Virus record (IMG/VR): IMGVR_UViG_3300027708_000032
Location: 32,001-96,000 of that record
Source of the DNA: a virus
Length of the DNA: 64,000 bases
Reading direction: 5' to 3' (one strand)
Part shown: positions 8,598-17,243 of the stretch, piece by piece
How the letters are laid out: the number at the start of each line of letters is the position of its first letter
Numbering within the stretch: the first letter of the stretch is position 1
Made by a program: the position numbers and the translations under genes
The notes under the pieces: generated by a model
Databases searched by the model: none
Told to the model about the DNA's origin: nothing
What the model saw: the letters and a program-made list of their open reading frames with translations, nothing else

Positions 8598-10136
8598 ATG
8601 AAAAAATTAAACAAAACCAAAATGGCTCAAAAATATAGGAATGTATATACAATTCTTGAAAAAGTAAAGAAGGGTGAGATAGACACCTATTATAAAAAAG
8701 ATGATGGTGGTTTGTTTGGTAAGATAAACTTCTATAAGAAACCTGATTTAGTTAAACCACACATGCATTGGTTAGATGAGCATAAGATAGATGCTATCAT
8801 GGATGCTTATGTAACAGACGGTAAACTAGTTTCAGAGGAGTTTAGTAAGTTTGCAAAAACTGCAGACTATACTAAAAAGATTCCAGATGGTAAGAAACCA
8901 GATGCATCAACTTTTCATCAAAAGTTTTTAGATAACTACAGAAAGTTTCCTAAGCATATGATAAAGGACATTTTCAAGATGTACAACAACCCAATGGAAA
9001 AGTTGGAGTTTGAAGAGCGTACAGACAAGAACAACACTAAGTTTAAGTTCTTAGAGAATGCCAATAATCCAGTTGCTAAGATTATGTCTCAGGGTTCTAA
9101 TCTAAAGTCTGCAATCTTTGCTCGTAATATTCTAGCAAACTACATTATGAGAATGACTATGCTAGACTATGTAGATCCAGATGCATCTGAAAGTATTAAG
9201 AAAGGGCTCAACGGAGCTTCTGACTTTGATACTAAAGATGCTGCTGAAGCTGTAGATGATATGTGTAATAGTACACAAGCTAAGAAAGCTATGGAAGATG
9301 CTATTAATAAAGCTACAGAGCTTTGTAAGAACATGGATGACGCTATGGATGAAGATATACAAGAACAAATGTTTGACAACGCCACAGAACATGGAGAAAA
9401 CTGTTCTGCAGGTGATATTAGTCCAAACTATATCAAACAAGTTACTTCTAGACTAGAAAACATAAAGCTTTCTATGGGATCTGTTAAAGAGAAACTTAAA
9501 AAACTATTGGATAAGTCTGCTAGTTATTTCAGTTCTAGACAACAAGTTACATACGATGACTTGTTTAACTCAGATAACATAGCAGGGCTAGAAGACTATG
9601 AACTACTACATCCAAAGCTTAGAAAGATCTTTGCAGAAGATCTACAAGTGAAAGAAACCAAGTCTATAGGTAAGATAGATGTCTATATAGATATCTCTGG
9701 TTCTATGGACAGTGGTTGTGGTATTGAAAATAGTCAAGGAAATAGTATTACTAGACTAGACTTTTGTAAATCTATGGTAGTTAAACTATCTCAGATGGAC
9801 ATGCTTAATGATGTATATGTATTTAACAACAGGGTAAAGAAGTACAAGAAAGATCCTGTTAGTATTTCTATGCTAGACATAAGCGGTGGTACAACCATCG
9901 ATGCTGCTGTCAAAAGTATAGAAAGAAATGGTGTTAATGCTATTGTTCTCACTGACGCAGAAGATCATTGTAATACATATTCTGAAAAAGCATTCTTCAT
10001 TGGCCTACAAGGAGCTAATTTTAACTACTTCCAAGAAGATGTTATTAAACAGTATTCTGAAAAAGATCAAGTTATTGTATTTGACGGACATACCATTAAG
10101 TATGTAAATGAGAATGGATACGTTGTAAAAGATTAG
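8598..10136 (+). CDS. VWA-domain protein (ViaA-like partner of the MoxR ATPase)
   Basis: MIDAS DISGS, GGT, LTD; directly downstream of the AAA+ gene; start may be 8622. Confidence 0.88.
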   Translation: MKKLNKTKMAQKYRNVYTILEKVKKGEIDTYYKKDDGGLFGKINFYKKPDLVKPHMHWLDEHKIDAIMDAYVTDGKLVSEEFSKFAKTADYTKKIPDGKKPDASTFHQKFLDNYRKFPKHMIKDIFKMYNNPMEKLEFEERTDKNNTKFKFLENANNPVAKIMSQGSNLKSAIFARNILANYIMRMTMLDYVDPDASESIKKGLNGASDFDTKDAAEAVDDMCNSTQAKKAMEDAINKATELCKNMDDAMDEDIQEQMFDNATEHGENCSAGDISPNYIKQVTSRLENIKLSMGSVKEKLKKLLDKSASYFSSRQQVTYDDLFNSDNIAGLEDYELLHPKLRKIFAEDLQVKETKSIGKIDVYIDISGSMDSGCGIENSQGNSITRLDFCKSMVVKLSQMDMLNDVYVFNNRVKKYKKDPVSISMLDISGGTTIDAAVKSIERNGVNAIVLTDAEDHCNTYSEKAFFIGLQGANFNYFQEDVIKQYSEKDQVIVFDGHTIKYVNENGYVVKD

Positions 10137-10161
10137 GGTTTACGGGGAACGGAAACATAAA

Positions 10162-10212
10162 GCCCCTGTAGAAATACAGGGGCCTCTTTCCTATATAAGG
10201 ACTATATAGGAA
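10162..10212. terminator. hairpin pair between convergent blocks
   Basis: GCCCCTGTA-GAAA-TACAGGGGC followed by TTCCTATATA-AGGAC-TATATAGGAA. Confidence 0.75.
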
Positions 10213-10223
10213 TATATAGAGGG

Positions 10224-10346
10224 TTAGCGTCCTTGTCCTACGTATTTCTTAGGTCTAGGGTTATGCTTATTAAAGCTCTTCTTAGCAGATCCTGACTTAC
10301 GTCTACCAAATGTAACCTTTCTAAGATCTCCTGCTGATTTTGCCAT
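10224..10346 (-). CDS. small basic phage peptide (40 aa) ending YVGQGR
   Basis: MAKSAGDLRKVTFGRRKSGSAKKSFNKHNPRPKKYVGQGR; resembles the widespread KKYxGQG(R/K) peptides of aquatic phages; not in the ORF track. Confidence 0.75.
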   Translation of the reverse strand: MAKSAGDLRKVTFGRRKSGSAKKSFNKHNPRPKKYVGQGR

Positions 10347-10351
10347 TATTA

Positions 10352-11023
10352 TTATTTTAAGTCAAACAGAATTATTTCAGATTCTGCTGTAGGTATTATT
10401 TCTATTTTGTTTTCTTCTGTAAAACTTAGTCCATCTCCTTCTATTAACTTATAACCATTAATAGTTAGCTCACCTGATATAACGTATAGATAATAGCTCC
10501 GTGCATTATCTATTTCAAACGTATACTCTTCTGTAAAAATACCAGCTAGAAATCTAGCATCTTGTTTTATTGGTAGTTTCTCAGTGATGTTACAGAACTT
10601 GTTTAGTTTATCTTCTCTAGTAAACTGATGCCACTCATGTATTGGTTCAGTGTCTAATACATTAGGTCTTACCCACAGCTGTAAATACCTATTAGGTGTA
10701 TCTGATGCATTACCTTCTGTATGTTTTATACCACTACCAGCACTCATTCTTTGTACAGCACCAGCAGGTATATCTAAAACAGCACCATGACTATCTGTAT
10801 GTCTACATACACCCTCTACAACATACCCAAAGATTTCCATGTTCTTGTGTTCATGTATTGGAACATGACCACCTGGTTGCACCCTGTCATCATTAATAGT
10901 TTGCAGATCACTAAAGTGAATATACTTTCTATCAAAGTATCCAGGAAAGCTAAATGTTCTAAAAGAACTAATCCAGCTAGCTCTTGGGTTTCCTCTAGTA
11001 TGTGCAGGTCTATGCTTTATCAT
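10352..11023 (-). CDS. pirin family bicupin protein (YhhW-like)
   Basis: FSDL..INDD.V.P, HEHKNMEI, HTDSHG, QRMSAGSGIKHTE, YLQLW. Confidence 0.93.
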   Translation of the reverse strand: MIKHRPAHTRGNPRASWISSFRTFSFPGYFDRKYIHFSDLQTINDDRVQPGGHVPIHEHKNMEIFGYVVEGVCRHTDSHGAVLDIPAGAVQRMSAGSGIKHTEGNASDTPNRYLQLWVRPNVLDTEPIHEWHQFTREDKLNKFCNITEKLPIKQDARFLAGIFTEEYTFEIDNARSYYLYVISGELTINGYKLIEGDGLSFTEENKIEIIPTAESEIILFDLK

Positions 11024-11547
11024 GCCTCATTTACAGATATATCACCACCAATAGAAATAATTATTTTTCTAACATTGTCAGGTTGTAGATTATAAGCTGG
11101 TCTTCTAGCTTGTGAAAGTCTAGACTTTAAAATTCTTTTAATACACACTTTATTATCTTGGTTACCACCAAGTACATGATATGTTGTAGCATCTTCTGCT
11201 ACATATATCCCAACGTGTCCACCACCTTTTCTTGTGAATGTAACAACATCACCAAGCATAGGAGCTGACACCTTTACACCGAAATTATTCCAGTTGAGAG
11301 CACCAAGTGGGTTTAAAACCACAGGTCTTTCAGCTCTTTTCATAACTACAGCTATGTATAACCCACACCATGGAATTTCATCAGCTGTATATATACCACT
11401 AAGTCCTAACTCTTTAGCCCATCCAAGTATAACAGGGTTATGTTTAGAACCTACCACTTCTTGTGTACCATAAAGCTCAATAGCTTTTAGAAGATGCCGT
11501 GGAGCATCTTCTAAAGCTAGCCATTGATATGTTTGGGGTAGTTTCAT
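11020..11547 (-). CDS. TIGR02594-family NlpC/P60-CHAP-like peptidoglycan hydrolase (endolysin)
   Basis: DEIPWCG, GGGHVG, LGGNQ. Confidence 0.88.
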   Translation of the reverse strand: MKLPQTYQWLALEDAPRHLLKAIELYGTQEVVGSKHNPVILGWAKELGLSGIYTADEIPWCGLYIAVVMKRAERPVVLNPLGALNWNNFGVKVSAPMLGDVVTFTRKGGGHVGIYVAEDATTYHVLGGNQDNKVCIKRILKSRLSQARRPAYNLQPDNVRKIIISIGGDISVNEA

Positions 11548-11948
11548 TTCTTATTTAATTTTTTAATTTCTTTTAAGATCTTACTATGATCTTCTATAGC
11601 TTTTCTATCAAGCTTTAAATCTTCTTCAAGTTTCATAAGAAGAACTAATACAGCTTGTAATAACTCTTTAGAATCTTCATCAACCTCAAGATCTTTTTTC
11701 ATATGTTCTCTATCTTTCTCAGCTTGTCTATTACCTGACATAAGAATCATAGGTGTAGCATAAGCTGCTTGTGCTGATAGAAACAAGTTCATTAATATAA
11801 AAGGATATGGATCAAAATCTACAACATTGTCTAAATTAATCAGCATCCATACTATAAGTATCACTGATTGTAAAATTATAAATGTCCAGCTTCCTACAAA
11901 GCTAGCTATGTTGTCAGCTAGATTTATTCCAAATTCTTTTAGTTTCAT
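11544..11948 (-). CDS. DUF1003 membrane protein
   Basis: FVGSWTFI, FDPYPFILMNLFLS.QAAY..P.ILM..NRQ..KDR. Confidence 0.9.
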   Translation of the reverse strand: MKLKEFGINLADNIASFVGSWTFIILQSVILIVWMLINLDNVVDFDPYPFILMNLFLSAQAAYATPMILMSGNRQAEKDREHMKKDLEVDEDSKELLQAVLVLLMKLEEDLKLDRKAIEDHSKILKEIKKLNKK

Positions 11949-13648
11949 TGTACAATAAATTTAACCACTGTACGTTTGTTATTTATAATATAATAGAGAG
12001 CATACACACCACGCTCAAGATTTAAACTAAAGTCTTTGCTGAGTACACCATCCACACTTTTAATTCTTTCACTATACACTGTTCTACCAGTCATATCAAT
12101 AATGTTTACATTAGCATATGCTGTCTTAGTGATGGTACTTTGTACATTAAGTGTAAAGTTTCCATTATTAGGAATAGGATAGAGAGCAACTAAGTCTTTT
12201 TGTAAATCTTCTACACCTATTCTTGTTCCAAATGCACAATTAATATGTGTAAGTGTTTTAGATATTGGTGTACTAAGTGTACCACATAATGTAGTGGCTT
12301 TAGCTGTTAAAGGACCACCTGTGTAACCAGTGTTAAACTGAAGTGTTACAACAGAACTATCTGCATTAGCATATGTAAATGTTGTATTAGCTGGTTTAGT
12401 CCATCTAAAAGCTACCCCCGGAGGAATTGATACATTTGGAACAGCAGAGATTACAGAATATGTAGCACTGTTACCAATACATCCATTCCAAAATCCTGTA
12501 GATGAAGACATATCTAAAGGTTTAGATGGTGCCACTGCTAAACTCTTAGCTGCACTAACTATATTACAAGCACTTTGACATTTAACTGTAATAGCTCCTG
12601 TACTAAAAGTAGAACCAAATCTTATAGTGACAGAAGAACTATCTGTGTTAGCAGCTGTAATTGTGCTACCTACAGGAACTGTCCATCTAAATACACTATT
12701 AGCCACTTGAGAAGAAGTTGGAATAGCTGCACTTGTTGTATATGTAAATGTACTATTAGGACAAGGTGCTACAGAACCAACTATACTAACTGGAGCAGGA
12801 GGTAATGCTCTTGTAAAAGCTGATGACACTGTAGGAATACTTCCTGCATTATTACTTAATGTAAGATATACAGAACCTGCAGCTTTAATTGCAGCTGTAA
12901 TACTATTAGTACCTTGACCACTTGTTGCACTGATTATATAATTACCAGTACCTGATATACTCCAAGCATAATTAACACCACTTTCTACAGGAACAGAGAA
13001 TGTTCTTAAAGTGTCACATAGTCCAGAAACTGGAGTTTGTGTAATCACTTGTGTAGTTGGCACTGTAGCAGTTGGAGGAGGAGCTACATATTTAGTAGAA
13101 CTAAATGTTGTAGTGTATACATAATCCTGAGCTTCATTACCATTATTATTACCAGCCACTGCAGAAACATAAAACTTTACTTTACTTGGAGCTACACTTG
13201 GTGCATTCCATGTAAGTCCTGTGTATGTGTAGTTATTAGCCACTGTAGTAACAGCAGCATTAGCATGGCTTAATTCATATGTTGCACCACCAGCTGTTCC
13301 TTTAATAGAACTGTTAGCGTTAGTGCTAGTCCATGTACCAACAACAGTGTTAGTGGTTGTGTCTACAGCTTTAATAGCATATCCCCACACCTTTCTATCA
13401 GCTGTTCCATGAGCTATCTTAATACTAAAAGGGTAAGCTACACCTGCAGTGAATGTAGTAGGTAGGCCAGTGAGAGTGATGTTACCACCACCAGAGTTAA
13501 GACTATAGTCACCATGACAATTAGTACAGTTTCTTGTAGATCCTGTAGATGTTGGAGCCATAGTGTAACCTGTAGGACAGTTTGGATTGCTTAGTACAAA
13601 AGAAAAAGCAATAATAACAAAACTTAATAAGTACAATACTTTTTTCAT
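11945..13648 (-). CDS. T9SS type A sorting-domain protein (signal peptide, choice-of-anchor V/Reeler-like domain with CxxCH, PKD-like repeats)
   Basis: MKKVLYLLSF signal; CTNCH; FYVSAVAGNNNG...D.VY; repeated Y/FxW Ig-like units; C-terminal LYPIPNNGNF..IIDMTGRTV..GVY..KFIVQ. Confidence 0.88.
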   Translation of the reverse strand: MKKVLYLLSFVIIAFSFVLSNPNCPTGYTMAPTSTGSTRNCTNCHGDYSLNSGGGNITLTGLPTTFTAGVAYPFSIKIAHGTADRKVWGYAIKAVDTTTNTVVGTWTSTNANSSIKGTAGGATYELSHANAAVTTVANNYTYTGLTWNAPSVAPSKVKFYVSAVAGNNNGNEAQDYVYTTTFSSTKYVAPPPTATVPTTQVITQTPVSGLCDTLRTFSVPVESGVNYAWSISGTGNYIISATSGQGTNSITAAIKAAGSVYLTLSNNAGSIPTVSSAFTRALPPAPVSIVGSVAPCPNSTFTYTTSAAIPTSSQVANSVFRWTVPVGSTITAANTDSSSVTIRFGSTFSTGAITVKCQSACNIVSAAKSLAVAPSKPLDMSSSTGFWNGCIGNSATYSVISAVPNVSIPPGVAFRWTKPANTTFTYANADSSVVTLQFNTGYTGGPLTAKATTLCGTLSTPISKTLTHINCAFGTRIGVEDLQKDLVALYPIPNNGNFTLNVQSTITKTAYANVNIIDMTGRTVYSERIKSVDGVLSKDFSLNLERGVYALYYIINNKRTVVKFIVQ

Positions 13649-13649
13649 A

Positions 13650-14108
13650 TTACATTTTTTTTATGTAGAGATCTCTATAATGTAGCATTTCCCCTGTAAG
13701 AATAAATGCTCCTCCAATTAGAACAATATCCCAAAGAGTATTCTTCACTTGGTTCTTTCTATATTTTTTAGAAAGAATATTAAAGTTATTTTCTAAAGGA
13801 GCATATGCACCTTTATACATATTAACTTGTTCTGTAAGGTTCTTAACTTGATCTTTTAAGTTAGTTTCTGAAGATTTGTATAAGTCTATAGCATTCATCT
13901 GATCAAACACTTGTCTTTTTAACAATGCTGATTCAGTGGATGTAACAGATAACAAAGCTTTAGCAGAGTCACCAATTAAAAGATCTGTTTGAATACTTTT
14001 AATGACAGGATAAGGGATGCAAACATCCCTCACCGTGTCAGTATTCTTTTGAGCATTACAAATAAATGCTAAAACTAATAGTAAGATTGTAGTTGTTGAT
14101 TTTTTCAT
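13650..14108 (-). CDS. exported coiled-coil protein with C-terminal TM, spanin-like
   Basis: Signal peptide, long coiled coil, C-terminal hydrophobic helix; lysis context. Confidence 0.55.
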   Translation of the reverse strand: MKKSTTTILLLVLAFICNAQKNTDTVRDVCIPYPVIKSIQTDLLIGDSAKALLSVTSTESALLKRQVFDQMNAIDLYKSSETNLKDQVKNLTEQVNMYKGAYAPLENNFNILSKKYRKNQVKNTLWDIVLIGGAFILTGEMLHYRDLYIKKM

Positions 14109-14113
14109 ATAAA

Positions 14114-14635
14114 TTATTGTTTAAGATTACCTGATAAACTAAAGGTATTACTCCCTTGACATATAACTGTAATAACACCATATTGTGTTTGTGAACGTCT
14201 GTAATTAAATACACTGTGAATAGTCACACCACTAGCAGCTGCAAAAGTAATAGTTCCACCAGCTTGTAACACCTTACAAGTCCAACCATCAGGTAAACCT
14301 GCAGGAAGAGTAATTGTAGAGACACCACCAGTAGTCATACTAACTAGTTTATTAAAATCACCAGTTACTACAGTGTAGATGCTACCTGTTTGTGTATTTC
14401 CAGCAGGGTAAGCTGTAGCTCCACCAACTAAAGCAGCAAGCTGAGTCATAGCTGTAGCTGTCATATAACCATTTGCAGATGTTGTAGCAGCTTGCATAAA
14501 CAAAGTGTCTTTTACAGCACCACCAGTTCTAACTACTCCTAAGGGAGATTTAACAACTGTTGTGTCATAAACCATAGTTTGTGCAGAAGCACCAAAAGAG
14601 AAAAGAATACCAAGAATAAATAATAGTTTTTTCAT
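14114..14635 (-). CDS. signal-peptide protein carrying a tail-fibre-like beta domain
   Basis: MKKLLFILGILFSFGASA-Q signal; C-terminal NTQTG.YT...D..K.V...TITLP...C.V.Q......GVT...QY...SGNL. Confidence 0.65.
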   Translation of the reverse strand: MKKLLFILGILFSFGASAQTMVYDTTVVKSPLGVVRTGGAVKDTLFMQAATTSANGYMTATAMTQLAALVGGATAYPAGNTQTGSIYTVVTGDFNKLVSMTTGGVSTITLPAGLPDGWTCKVLQAGGTITFAAASGVTIHSVFNYRRSQTQYGVITVICQGSNTFSLSGNLKQ

Positions 14636-14659
14636 GTGTTTATTTTTTTTTTAGATTAA

Positions 14660-14821
14660 TTAAACTGTTTTAGCATCTTGTGCTGAAGCTCCCAAGAAGA
14701 ATAAACCAATAGCTTGACATACTTGTCCTACTATTTGTAACACTCCTGTTTGAGAATTTACTAAGTAGCTACCCACTGCAGCTAAAATACCACCGATTGT
14801 TGTTTTCCAATTTGCTTTCAT
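14660..14821 (-). CDS. small 2-TM holin-like protein (53 aa)
   Basis: MKANWKTTIGGILAAVG...IGLFFLGASAQDAKTV (NWKTT..G / G..AxD pattern); not in the ORF track. Confidence 0.75.
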   Translation of the reverse strand: MKANWKTTIGGILAAVGSYLVNSQTGVLQIVGQVCQAIGLFFLGASAQDAKTV

Positions 14822-14825
14822 AATT

Positions 14826-17240
14826 TTAATTTTTAAATTTTAAACGTGATTTAATAATAGAAGAAATATATGTAACTGTAAAGTTAAAGTCATGTGTACA
14901 ACCATTAGCATCTTTAGCTGATATAGTATGATCACCAGAAGTTACACCAGTGAAAGATGTACCTGATTGATAAGCTCCACCATCTAGACTATACGTCTTA
15001 GCTCCTGTACCACCTGTTACACTAACTGTCACAGTAGTAGTCCCACCTTGAACAGTGATAGGAGTGAAAGATACTGTTCCTGTTACATCTGTAGGCTGTG
15101 ACAAAGTAACAGATATATTAGCGGTGGAACCAACAGCATCACTTATATTGTAAGACGTACTTCCTGCTGCTTGTATAAATGTTCCAGTTCCATTATACGG
15201 AGGAACACCACCTGTAGCACCAACTGTAACATTTGTTGTACCATTAAAACATGTAATTGTTCCTGTTGTTACAGTGGCTGTTAATGATGTTACACTAGTT
15301 GATGGTTTGTACAAACCAATAAATGGTGTAATACCAACAATACTATTACCCTCAAAGTCTGTAGTAAAACCTGATATAGCCACGCCATTATTACGAGCAT
15401 AGCTTGTGTCATTTAAATGTAAGTCCCAGTTCTCTGGATATATACTATTAAGAGTATCTTTAAATAAAAGACCACTAGTCATAGCTCTTTCTTTAGTACC
15501 TCTATAATTAAGTGTACCACCAACAGCAGATGCATATCTAGCCCCACCTAAATAATAATAAATATTAGCAGAACGCTTGTATCTATTTCTATCATATAAT
15601 GCTTGTATACCCGTAGTCCAATAAAATATATTATTTCTATTGTCAATCATTGTATCTATGTTAGATCCCCATAGTGTAGCATCCCCTGAATACTGCATAG
15701 TAAATCTAGTTCCACCATAGTTTTGATAAGCAGGATTACTAGGATTACTCCATGTTGTATTAGATACAGGAAGATAAAAACCTGACATACCAGAACATGT
15801 ATAGTTTGATTCTGATCTTGTAGATGGATCACTAAGTGTAAGACTAAGACCATTAATAGCAGTGACTGTTACTGTTTTATATACTATACTAGCAAGATCA
15901 TCATCATCTGTAAACCAAACTGAACCAACGAATATACCTGTGGCATTACTCACTGTAATAACATTAGAACCTGCTGTAGTACTAACTGTGGGTCTTAATG
16001 GATAGCCTGGAGGATTAAATGTATTAGCTATATCTCTACAGAACCACCAAGGTTGTGTTGTACCAGGTCTAAAACCTTGTCCATCTCCATATACATCTTT
16101 ACCAAAACCTAAACCATTCAGTCTATCATTATTATTAGATATAATTACATTATTCCAATGTGATAAATGATGATTATTTCCTTGGAAAGCATCACCTACA
16201 CTACCATGAATATAAGCAAACTGACCACAGTTTATTATTTTATTAAAAGCAAATGTATCATACTGTGAACCTGAGTTACTATCATTTCTATCAAGGTTAC
16301 CAATCTCATATGCTCCACCACAATCTATAATAGTATTATAACAAACTTTAGAGTTGTATAGATTAAATATATCCATAGCTACACCACCTAAACCTTGACA
16401 AGATCCTATTCTACCACTCTTACCCCAAGCTCCTTTAATATAGTTATAACTAATCTCTGTTCTAATAGCTGCAATACCCTCTATAGCACCAGCCATAATA
16501 TCATGTGTACCAGCTGTATCTGCAGAACTCTTGAAGTTAGTGAACCTGTTATTTGTTATCTTAGAATCAACAGTAGCCATTCCTTGTATACCATACATAG
16601 TATTGTTAAACACACAGTTTCTCACTGTAAATCTAGTGACCATGTATTTTCTTCTACTAGTATCTCCATAACTATTTTTAAGACCACCACTTGTACCTTG
16701 TGTCCATTCTCCTAATATCCAACCACCAGAATAACCTGGATTAGCTTTATCAGTTTCAGGTACTCTATAATCATTAGATTGTATACCATCTATGATGATA
16801 TCATGTACGCCTGCAAAATATACTATACCTCTACCTTCTCTTGATATCCATGTACTTACAGGATATGTAGCACTTGGATATAACCAGTTTGGCAAACTTC
16901 CTGTACCATAATTAGTAATTACTATAGGTTGACTAGGTGTACCTGACGGAGCTGTAAAATATGTACCACCATCATTAGCCCATTGCATACTAGAAAACCC
17001 ATTAACAAACCCATTGGCAAATACATCACCTCTTTTAAATGCTATAGTATCACCAGGTAAAAAAGTACTAACTCCACTAGTTACACATCTTTGTAGTTTT
17101 TGTAAAGTCTGCCATGGTGTAGCTTGGTTCTGAGCTTGTGTAGATGTATAGTTGTCATTACCAGTAGAAGAACTGAAATAAAACTTTCTACCAAATACTA
17201 TGGTAGGCAATAAAAATAAAATCAGTAAGAGTTTTTTCAT
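14826..17240 (-). CDS. secreted right-handed beta-helix (pectin lyase-like) protein with C-terminal SprB-like repeats
   Basis: Signal peptide; FYFSSSTGND..PWQTL..PGDTI.FKRGD start of beta-helix; Asn-ladder repeats; TCFNG..GGVPPY and GGTG..YSLDG...FTG...G......DANGC. Confidence 0.8.
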   Translation of the reverse strand: MKKLLLILFLLPTIVFGRKFYFSSSTGNDNYTSTQAQNQATPWQTLQKLQRCVTSGVSTFLPGDTIAFKRGDVFANGFVNGFSSMQWANDGGTYFTAPSGTPSQPIVITNYGTGSLPNWLYPSATYPVSTWISREGRGIVYFAGVHDIIIDGIQSNDYRVPETDKANPGYSGGWILGEWTQGTSGGLKNSYGDTSRRKYMVTRFTVRNCVFNNTMYGIQGMATVDSKITNNRFTNFKSSADTAGTHDIMAGAIEGIAAIRTEISYNYIKGAWGKSGRIGSCQGLGGVAMDIFNLYNSKVCYNTIIDCGGAYEIGNLDRNDSNSGSQYDTFAFNKIINCGQFAYIHGSVGDAFQGNNHHLSHWNNVIISNNNDRLNGLGFGKDVYGDGQGFRPGTTQPWWFCRDIANTFNPPGYPLRPTVSTTAGSNVITVSNATGIFVGSVWFTDDDDLASIVYKTVTVTAINGLSLTLSDPSTRSESNYTCSGMSGFYLPVSNTTWSNPSNPAYQNYGGTRFTMQYSGDATLWGSNIDTMIDNRNNIFYWTTGIQALYDRNRYKRSANIYYYLGGARYASAVGGTLNYRGTKERAMTSGLLFKDTLNSIYPENWDLHLNDTSYARNNGVAISGFTTDFEGNSIVGITPFIGLYKPSTSVTSLTATVTTGTITCFNGTTNVTVGATGGVPPYNGTGTFIQAAGSTSYNISDAVGSTANISVTLSQPTDVTGTVSFTPITVQGGTTTVTVSVTGGTGAKTYSLDGGAYQSGTSFTGVTSGDHTISAKDANGCTHDFNFTVTYISSIIKSRLKFKN

Positions 17241-17243
17241 AGT

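Noticed and set aside
11945-17240. Host chromosomal contamination as the source of the bacterial-type secreted genes
   Set aside because: They are interleaved and translationally coupled with phage holin and endolysin genes and have similar AT-rich codon style; read-level confirmation is still advisable
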